Shown piece after piece: positions 24,241 through 30,173 of a DNA stretch of 30,173 bases. The DNA lies in contig CAJBRS010000101.1 in assembly GCA_903958115.1 (NCBI GenBank), forward strand, positions 1 through 30,173. The letters run 5' to 3'. Source of the stretch: an uncultured bacterium (lineage in GTDB: Bacteria; Patescibacteriota; Minisyncoccia; Phycocordibacterales; CAWITU01). Numbering within the stretch: position 1 is the stretch's first letter; every line of letters starts with the position of its first letter. The notes beneath the pieces were generated by a model. It was not told the DNA's origin. It saw nothing but the letters and a program-made list of their open reading frames with translations, and ran no database searches. The position numbers and the translations under genes were made by a program.

Positions 24241-25080
24241 ATGGAAAAAGAAACAATCATTATTGCCCACATTCCTGTATTGCATCAGGGTTATAAAAAG
24301 TTATTCGAATCTCATCCTGAGGCAAAAGAGCTTTATATTCTTGGTCCAGAATTGGTGGGGGAATACCCTCATTTGGCAAAGGATATTCGCCAGCTTGATG
24401 CAGAATTGGTTAAGGAGGCTATCGAAAGTTGGAAGATTTTTGATGTTGTAGAAATTTTAGATAAGGAATTATTAGTAAAAATTGCTGATCTAAAACCACG
24501 AATTGTATTGCCAAATGAGGAGGTAACTAAAGGTCTTGTAGAAAAATATCTATCGAAGATCGAAGTGTTGTACAGCCCAATTTTTTTGCGATGGGACAAA
24601 CACAATACTGTCACAGAGACAGAAATAAATCCTGACAGAAAAATTTCCCGAGAAGAGTTTGATCGAAACATTATGGAAATGGCCGGCAAAGAGGGAGAGA
24701 AGAGTACTGATATCTGGCGAAGAATCGGATCAATTTTGGTAAAGGACGGAAATATTATTTGCTCGGCTCATAATATTGGAACGCCGACAGAGCAAACATC
24801 TATGTACGAAGGTGATCCAAGAAATAATTTTCATAAAGGGGTGCACCTTGAACTTTCAACTTTTCTTCATTCTGAGGCGGGGGTAGTGGCGGAGATGGCT
24901 CGTCGAGGAATTGCCGTAGAGGGAGCTGATATTTATGTAACGACATACCCATGTGCGCCGTGTGCGAAAATGATTGCTTATTCTGGCATCAAAAGAGTTT
25001 TTTATAAAAATGGATATGGGGTATTAGACAGCGAGAGAATCTTGAAAGAGAAAGGAGTGGAGATTATAAGGGTAGAGTAA
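24241..25080 (+). CDS. dCMP-deaminase-like protein with extra N-terminal domain
   Basis: Zn-deaminase motifs HSEAG and PCAPC in the C-terminal half; ~120-aa N-terminal domain beginning AHIPVLHQGY. Confidence 0.85.
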   Translation: MEKETIIIAHIPVLHQGYKKLFESHPEAKELYILGPELVGEYPHLAKDIRQLDAELVKEAIESWKIFDVVEILDKELLVKIADLKPRIVLPNEEVTKGLVEKYLSKIEVLYSPIFLRWDKHNTVTETEINPDRKISREEFDRNIMEMAGKEGEKSTDIWRRIGSILVKDGNIICSAHNIGTPTEQTSMYEGDPRNNFHKGVHLELSTFLHSEAGVVAEMARRGIAVEGADIYVTTYPCAPCAKMIAYSGIKRVFYKNGYGVLDSERILKEKGVEIIRVE

Positions 25081-25089
25081 GTATAAAGA

Positions 25090-25111
25090 GCCTGCCGAGA
25101 TGTCGGCAGGC
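25090..25111 (-). terminator. Intrinsic terminator of the minus-strand HIT2 gene
   Basis: GCCTGCCGA-GATG-TCGGCAGGC; the minus-strand tail reads TCTTTATA. Confidence 0.65.
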
Positions 25112-25124
25112 CCCGCTGTGTTTT

Positions 25125-25715
25125 TTAGCACGCTCCTTTTGGTGCCATCTTGTCTTCCACGAGGGAACGTTCTTCTTCAGAGAGTTCTTCGAAGGACATT
25201 CCTTGTCGCATTTTCTCAAAGACCTGCAGGATAGGTAGTTTTTCCACGAGGTTTTTCGACGACTTTGCAATTGTCACTGTGACCCGATCTCTGCCCGTTG
25301 GCACATGATAATTGAAGTGTAGGTGAGGCATGCTCTTGGCATTGCGAAGTGGATTGCCTGATCGTACCAGTAGAACGCCGCCGTCTATGGAGAATTCTCG
25401 ATTGATCCAACGTGTCGCTTCTGCAAGAAGAAACCATTCCTTGTAGTTTACCTCATCAATATTACCAAGGTGACGTTTTGATGGTATTACGAATTGGTAG
25501 TCTTGCCCTTCTTGTGCTGCGAGGTTGTTTTTCCAGACGCGCCAAGCATCGTTCTCATAAAGCGTCTTGTTTAATTCTGGGTCAATTTGGCAAAAGCCAC
25601 AGACGCCCTGGAGCAATGAATCCACCTTTTTACAGTAGTATGCATAGTTGCTGACATTGAATAGTTGCCAGATATCATCTGGCGATATTCCTGGTACCTG
25701 AAATTCAGGATACAT
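25125..25715 (-). CDS. Divergent HIT-superfamily protein (HIT2, HLHFN variant)
   Basis: CGFC Zn knuckle, FVIPSKRH, NAKSMPHLHFNYH; strong SD AAAAGGAGG upstream. Confidence 0.78.
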   Translation of the reverse strand: MYPEFQVPGISPDDIWQLFNVSNYAYYCKKVDSLLQGVCGFCQIDPELNKTLYENDAWRVWKNNLAAQEGQDYQFVIPSKRHLGNIDEVNYKEWFLLAEATRWINREFSIDGGVLLVRSGNPLRNAKSMPHLHFNYHVPTGRDRVTVTIAKSSKNLVEKLPILQVFEKMRQGMSFEELSEEERSLVEDKMAPKGAC

Positions 25716-25757
25716 AAGCTCTCCTCCTTTTTATTGTTTTACCGACGTTTCGTTCGT

Positions 25758-25786
25758 ATCCTAGTTCAGTAGGAGCTCCTAGTCAA
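25758..25786 (-). promoter_or_regulatory. Promoter TTGACT-N17-TAGGAT for HIT2
   Basis: Minus strand: TTGACT 25786-25781, 17-nt spacer containing the palindrome AGGAGCTCCT, TAGGAT 25763-25758. Confidence 0.55.
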
Positions 25787-26263
25787 TTATTTGTTTTTTC
25801 TATTTTTAGGGTCACCGATTTTGAACCGGATGGCTTCACCCTTTTGATTTTCTAGGTCTGGCTCGATGAGATGGGCGTGGAGATGTAAGACGCTGTTGCC
25901 GTATGTGCCATATTCTGGGTTTGAACCGAAGCGCATCAGGAAAGCTCCACCTGGCATATTATTTTCCTTGCTAACATATTGGAAAAGCTCAAAAAGCTCT
26001 TGAGATGCTTCTGGTAACAAGTCGTTTAAATGTTCGATATGCGTTTTATGAATCGCTAGAAAGTGATGTTTGGTGTTTTCGTACGGCCACTGATTAAAAG
26101 TTAATGTCCAGTATTTGCCATCTTTAATAATGGGTTTTTTGTGATATTTTTTAAGATTTTCGGGACAGAAAGGGCAAACGTTGTCCGCAACAATTTGTTC
26201 CAGAACTTTTTTTTGTTCTTCTTCACGAGCGCTATCTATAATTACAAAATCTTTATCAGCCAT
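25787..26263 (-). CDS. HIT-family nucleotide hydrolase (HIT1)
   Basis: Start moved to ATG 26263, 1 nt after the thyA stop. CPFC, NQWPY, canonical triad VLHLHAHLI. Confidence 0.88.
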   Translation of the reverse strand: MADKDFVIIDSAREEEQKKVLEQIVADNVCPFCPENLKKYHKKPIIKDGKYWTLTFNQWPYENTKHHFLAIHKTHIEHLNDLLPEASQELFELFQYVSKENNMPGGAFLMRFGSNPEYGTYGNSVLHLHAHLIEPDLENQKGEAIRFKIGDPKNRKNK

Positions 26264-26264
26264 A

Positions 26265-27176
26265 TTAGATTGCAACAGGAATGCCTTTAATTCCAGGATG
26301 AGGTTCGTAATCAGAGAGTGTGAAATCTTCTTTTCGAAAATCAAAAAGATTTTTCTTTTCTTTGTTCATTGTAACAGTGGGGAATCGTCGTGGTTCTCTG
26401 GCTAGCATTGTTTCCACTGCTGGGATTTGGTCTACATAAATGTGAGCATCAGAAATGGTGTGGACATATTCGTAAGGAATAGTATTTGTGGCGTGAGCAA
26501 CCATCATTAAAAGCGCTGCATACTGGACCATGTTAGAAGGAACGCCGACCGGCACATCACCAGATCGCTGAATCATGTGAAGGGTTAGTTTGTTGTCGAT
26601 TACTCGAAAGTGAACCCATCCGTGGCATGGAGCGACTACTACTTTTTGTTGCTTTCCTTTGCCTCGCCCAATGTATTGAGGAACCCAAGGACTAACAAAA
26701 TGCGTGCGAAGCTGGGGTTCTTCAATGATTTGTTCAACAATATGTCTGAATTGATTAAAGCTCGGTCCCTCGGAAGTAGGGAAATCATGAAAAACGGCGC
26801 CATAAGAGCCGGGACCTAAATCTCCAGGAGCAAGCCCACGCTTTGCGCATTTTTCTGGTGTACCCCAAAATTTCCACCAATGACAGCCAAAAGATTCTAG
26901 GCCTTCCACTGTGCGAACACCATTTATGAAAGCGCAAATTTCTCCAATCGCTTGTTGCCAAACGGTGACAGGCAAGTGGTCGGAAACTTTAGGATCCATG
27001 TTTCTTTCTGTGATGATAGGGAAACCATTATCCATTCGGAATCGCATTGATCCGGATCCCATCAGGGTAATAGCATCAGTGCCTTGTTGGCTAATAGTAC
27101 GGGTGCCTTCTTTTAGAATTTTTCGAAGGAGATCTTGATATTGAGTGTCTGGTGTGCGTTCTGAATAGGGTTTCAT
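26265..27176 (-). CDS. thyA: Thymidylate synthase
   Basis: QYQDLL, FPIITER, GDLGPGSYG, catalytic PCH, QRSGD, GVPSN (dUMP-specifying Asn), DAHIY, YEPHP. Confidence 0.93.
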   Translation of the reverse strand: MKPYSERTPDTQYQDLLRKILKEGTRTISQQGTDAITLMGSGSMRFRMDNGFPIITERNMDPKVSDHLPVTVWQQAIGEICAFINGVRTVEGLESFGCHWWKFWGTPEKCAKRGLAPGDLGPGSYGAVFHDFPTSEGPSFNQFRHIVEQIIEEPQLRTHFVSPWVPQYIGRGKGKQQKVVVAPCHGWVHFRVIDNKLTLHMIQRSGDVPVGVPSNMVQYAALLMMVAHATNTIPYEYVHTISDAHIYVDQIPAVETMLAREPRRFPTVTMNKEKKNLFDFRKEDFTLSDYEPHPGIKGIPVAI

Positions 27177-27252
27177 ATCGGTATATGATACTTGCTCGCA
27201 AGGCCTTTTTCAAATTGCTGGTTTCAGGTCTTTGTGTTACAGTTTTTAAATT

Positions 27253-27816
27253 ATGATTTTAATCGGACTTGTTGGAGAAAATGGTAGTGGAAAAGAAACT
27301 TTTGCAAATTTGCTTAAGGAAAAATTTGGTACAAATGCCGTCACTCATATTCACACCTCCGATCTCCTAAAGGAAACTTTAACAGCATGGTCTGTGCCTC
27401 TTACTCGTCGCAACCTACAAGATATGGCTATTATTATGGATCATGCTTACGGAAAGGGAACACTTAGTCGTGCCATTAAAGAGAGAATTACAAATGCCAA
27501 GACAGATTTTGTCATTTTGGATGGAGTGCGCTGGCAGTCGGATGTTGATCTAATAAGAAGTATTACTCCTAATAAGCTTGTCTATATTACCGCTTCGGTT
27601 GAGCACCGTTACGAAAGAATCAAAACAAGAAAAGAGAAAGTGGGTGAGGATCAGGCATCATTCGAACAATTTTTGAAGGAAGAGCAAATTGAGACAGAGC
27701 TAGAAATAAAAAACATCGGGAAAGGCGCTGATATCACAATAGTAAATGACGGTTCAATCGAGGATTTGCGTAGGGAGGTGGAAGCAAGCACAAACAAAAT
27801 CACTTGTATTTTGTAG
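27253..27816 (+). CDS. P-loop (d)NMP-kinase-like protein
   Basis: LIGLVGENGSGKET, SDLL, ILDGVR, YITASVEHRYER, IVNDGSIEDL. The last 11 codons lie in the E4 left arm. Confidence 0.8.
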   Translation: MILIGLVGENGSGKETFANLLKEKFGTNAVTHIHTSDLLKETLTAWSVPLTRRNLQDMAIIMDHAYGKGTLSRAIKERITNAKTDFVILDGVRWQSDVDLIRSITPNKLVYITASVEHRYERIKTRKEKVGEDQASFEQFLKEEQIETELEIKNIGKGADITIVNDGSIEDLRREVEASTNKITCIL

Positions 27817-27882
27817 ACTAAGACTTGGCCAAGCGGCCCGGAGCGGTCTACAAAATACAAGTGATTTTGTTTGTGCTTGCTT
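27782..27882 (+). repeat. Long hairpin element E4
   Basis: Perfect 37-bp IR (27782-27818/27846-27882) around a 27-nt core identical to that of E2. Confidence 0.95.
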
Positions 27883-27920
27883 TTCGCATTTCTTTCGCTT
27901 AGTGTTACGAAAAAAGGAGG
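27877..27920 (+). promoter_or_regulatory. Promoter-RBS module overlapping E4: TTGCTT-N17-TAGTGT-TACGAAAAAAGGAGG
   Basis: TTGCTT 27877-27882, TAGTGT 27900-27905, GGAGG 27916-27920. Confidence 0.65.
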
Positions 27921-27925
27921 TAAGT

Positions 27926-28240
27926 ATGACAACGACGTGGTTTGTCTCGTGCAATTCATCCACTAATGACAAAATCCGGCAAAATTTGCCAGAGGAAAAC
28001 ATTCAGCGGGGCATGACTTGTATTGATCTTCAAAAAAGACAGATCAAACTTGATTTGTGGGAATGCGATTTCAAGTTTGTTCAAGAGCTTCAGTCGAATA
28101 AGAAGAATTGGAAGCTATCGTTCCGAGTCTTTCGTCGCGTGGGCCCTTATGGACGTTCTATTCGCGAAGCACCGGCCTGGCTCTACGACGAGTCTGTGCC
28201 AGCTCCAAAGAAATCAAAAACCAAAGTTCCGAGAAAATAG
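27926..28240 (+). CDS. Small hypothetical protein (104 aa)
   Basis: Start moved to ATG 27926, 5 nt after GGAGG. MTTTWFVSCN...KKSKTKVPRK with a basic C-terminal tail; followed by a hairpin. Confidence 0.7.
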   Translation: MTTTWFVSCNSSTNDKIRQNLPEENIQRGMTCIDLQKRQIKLDLWECDFKFVQELQSNKKNWKLSFRVFRRVGPYGRSIREAPAWLYDESVPAPKKSKTKVPRK

Positions 28241-28260
28241 GACTTCTTGTTCTAAAACTA

Positions 28261-28294
28261 CGCCGCGACCACTTAAAAAGCAGGGGTCGCGGCG
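28261..28294 (+). terminator. GC-rich hairpin, probable terminator
   Basis: CGCCGCGACC-14 nt-GGTCGCGGCG followed by CTTCTATTATTT. Confidence 0.55.
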
Positions 28295-28322
28295 CTTCTA
28301 TTATTTGTGCTAAAATAAATTC

Positions 28323-29501
28323 ATGAAAGACAAACAAATTGAAAAGCTTATAAAAGCAGAAAAGGCCCGACAAAAGGGCGTTATTAATCTTATTGCTTCA
28401 GAAAATATTGTTTCAGCAGACGTTCTCAAAGCTCTTGGTTCAGAGCTAACAAATAAATATGCAGAAGGTTATCCTCATAAAAGATATTATGGAGGTCAGA
28501 CTTATACCGACAAGATCGAGGAGTTGGCAAAAGAGAGGGCATTAAAACTTTTTGGATTGAAGGCAGAAAAGTGGCATGTGAATGTTCAGCCACTTTCGGG
28601 ATCGCCAGCCAACTTTGCAGTCTACACTGCTCTAGTAAAACCAGGTGAAAAAATCATGGGAATGTCTCTTGATAATGGGGGGCATCTTACTCATGGTCAC
28701 AAAGCATCAGCTACAGGAAAATTTTGGGTGCAGGTACCTTACGGAGTGGATTCTAAAACAGAGATGCTTGATTATGCAGATTTAAAAAGGATTGCTGAGG
28801 TGGAGAGGCCTAAAATTATCGTCGCTGGTTTTACTGCGTACCCTCGCACAGTTGATTTTAAAAAATTCAGAGAGATTGCAAACGCTTGCGGAGCAATCTT
28901 GATGGTGGATATGTCCCACTTTGCAGGGTTGGTGGCGGGAAAAGCTTACGCGATGTCACCATTTGATTATGCTGATATTGTGACGACCACAGTGCACAAG
29001 ACATTACGAGGGCCACGAAGTGCTATGATTTTTGCGAAGAAAGATGAAAGAGGTTTTGATAAGTTAATTGATAAAGCAATTTTCCCAGGACTTCAGGGTG
29101 GGCCACATATGAATCAAATCGCTGCTGTTGCAGTAGCTCTGAAAGAGGCGGCTGCTCCAGCTTTTAAAAAATATGCTAAGCAGATTGTTAGGAACGCAGC
29201 CATTTTAGCAGTCGAGCTTCAGAAGTTGGGATGGAGAATTATTTCCAAGGGCACTGATACGCACTTGATCCTTGTTGATACTTGGATGGGGGGGAAAGGT
29301 ATCTCGGGTGCAGAAGCAAGTGAGCGTTTAGAAAAAGCGGGGATTATTGTGAATAAGAATACTATTCCAGGCGAGAGCCGTTCGGCCTTTGATCCATCTG
29401 GAATTCGTTTAGGCACAGCTTCAGAGACTACTCGAGGACGAAAAGAAAAGGATATGAAAAAGATTGCACAGAAAATTAATACAGCTTTAAGGAAGAAATA
29501 A
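28323..29501 (+). CDS. glyA: Serine hydroxymethyltransferase
   Basis: LIASEN, NKYAEGYP, GGHLTHG, VDMSHFAG, TTTVHKTLRGPR, FPGLQGGPH, SGIRLGT; TGcTAAAAT 6 nt upstream. Confidence 0.97.
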   Translation: MKDKQIEKLIKAEKARQKGVINLIASENIVSADVLKALGSELTNKYAEGYPHKRYYGGQTYTDKIEELAKERALKLFGLKAEKWHVNVQPLSGSPANFAVYTALVKPGEKIMGMSLDNGGHLTHGHKASATGKFWVQVPYGVDSKTEMLDYADLKRIAEVERPKIIVAGFTAYPRTVDFKKFREIANACGAILMVDMSHFAGLVAGKAYAMSPFDYADIVTTTVHKTLRGPRSAMIFAKKDERGFDKLIDKAIFPGLQGGPHMNQIAAVAVALKEAAAPAFKKYAKQIVRNAAILAVELQKLGWRIISKGTDTHLILVDTWMGGKGISGAEASERLEKAGIIVNKNTIPGESRSAFDPSGIRLGTASETTRGRKEKDMKKIAQKINTALRKK

Positions 29502-29508
29502 AAATTAG

Positions 29509-29934
29509 ATGATTAAGGTAAAAATAAAACGACTTAACGGAGAAGCAAAATTACCAAGCTATGCTCATCCAGGGGATGTTGGCCTGGATTTGTATTCGAT
29601 GGAGGATAGGATTATTGCTCCAATGGAACACGCTCGTTTTTTTAACGGTTTTGCTTTGGAGTTTCCGGAGGGATATGCGGCAATAGTGAAAGATAAGGGT
29701 AGTATTTCAAAAGCTGGTCTGCATACTATGGGGGGAGTTTTTGATGCTGGCTATAGGGGAGAATATAATGTGCATTTGGTTAATTTAAGCCAAGAACCTT
29801 ACACTGTTGAAAAAGGTGATAAGATTGCTCAGCTAGTCATTTTGCCGGTTGCGATTGCTGAATTAGAAGAGGTTGAAGAACTATCTGATTCGTCTCGTGG
29901 GGAAGGGCGCTTTGGTAGTACGGGGAAAAAATGA
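29509..29934 (+). CDS. dut: Trimeric dUTPase (backbone copy)
   Basis: GDVGLDL, GGVFDAGYRGE, KIAQ, RGEGRFGSTG; motif II is atypical (DKGS). Confidence 0.9.
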   Translation: MIKVKIKRLNGEAKLPSYAHPGDVGLDLYSMEDRIIAPMEHARFFNGFALEFPEGYAAIVKDKGSISKAGLHTMGGVFDAGYRGEYNVHLVNLSQEPYTVEKGDKIAQLVILPVAIAELEEVEELSDSSRGEGRFGSTGKK

Positions 29935-30173
29935 TTGAAGAAATTTTAAAAAACAAAATATCAGAGGTTGTTGATACGGCAGATGTCAACGTCTTATTAG
30001 ATCATCCTACGGATTTATCTCGTGGCGATTATTCGAGCAACATTGCCATGGTTTTGGCAAAGAAGTTAAAGAAAAATCCCGTGGCTTTGGCTGAAGAAAT
30101 TGTTGCTGGTCTTTTAAAAAATAAGCCAGATGAGGTGGAAAAGATCGAAGCTGTTGCTCCTGGATTCATTAAC
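29931..30173 (+). CDS. argS: Arginyl-tRNA synthetase N-terminal domain, 3'-truncated (absent from ORF track)
   Basis: ATGA overlap with dut. Hand translation MIEEILKNKISEVV...HPTDLSRGDYSSNIAMVLAKKLKKNPVALAEEI...IEAVAPGFIN. Confidence 0.9.
   Translation, partial: MIEEILKNKISEVVDTADVNVLLDHPTDLSRGDYSSNIAMVLAKKLKKNPVALAEEIVAGLLKNKPDEVEKIEAVAPGFIN

Noticed and set aside
26265-27176. ThyA as a dCMP hydroxymethylase (DNA-modification system)
   Set aside because: It keeps the dUMP-specifying Asn (GVPSN), where hydroxymethylases have Asp; its divergence fits an ordinary CPR ThyA.
19543-27882. Hairpin cores as a CRISPR array
   Set aside because: Copies are dispersed rather than tandem, the flanks are inverted repeats of each other rather than unique spacers, and no cas genes are present.
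19543-27882. Hairpins as integron attC sites
   Set aside because: No RYYYAAC/GTTRRRY ends or extrahelical-base pattern; the conserved part is the loop, not the stem ends; no integrase in the window.
27651-28002. ORFs 27651-27959-, 27754-28002- and the upstream extension of 27746-28240+
   Set aside because: Mirror peptides (KQAQTKSLVFCR / QNTSDFVCACF) arise from reading through the E4 palindrome; the SD supports a start at 27926.
1-30173. Alternative genetic code (UGA=Gly, as in Gracilibacteria/Absconditabacteria)
   Set aside because: Long conserved genes are uninterrupted under code 11, and TGA ends genes at expected positions (dut at 29934, DHH at 23014).

Overview
AT-rich bacterial window that reads as Patescibacteria/CPR (Parcubacteria-type): standard code with TGA as stop, secE-nusG-rplK without rplA, and SIMPL, IPT and PG-binding surface proteins. 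The backbone carries an ABC exporter, an orphan hisD, a Nudix hydrolase, DsbA, a DedA-PAP2 fusion, folD, secE-nusG-rplK, a thymidylate/folate cluster (folA, CTP-transferase-like, dCMP-deaminase-like, HIT, thyA, NMP kinase, glyA, dut) and the start of argS. Many backbone genes look leaderless, with a -10 hexamer exactly 6 nt before the ATG. A second layer of GC-richer genes, most with a Shine-Dalgarno site, carries its own -35/-10 promoters and intrinsic terminators. This layer includes (i) an 8.2 kb six-gene uncharacterised system (coiled-coil protein, unknown protein, AAA+ ATPase, DUF6638-like protein, two membrane proteins) and (ii) single-gene cassettes (second dUTPase, DHH phosphoesterase, divergent HIT, 104-aa orphan). 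The most striking non-coding signal is four long hairpins with 31-38 bp near-perfect arms that differ between copies, around a conserved 27-28 nt core (TAAGACTTGGCCAAGCGGCCCGGAGCG). In two copies the right arm supplies the -35 box of a shared promoter-RBS module that drives an unrelated cargo gene. All family calls come from motif reading and memory; no database searches were run.
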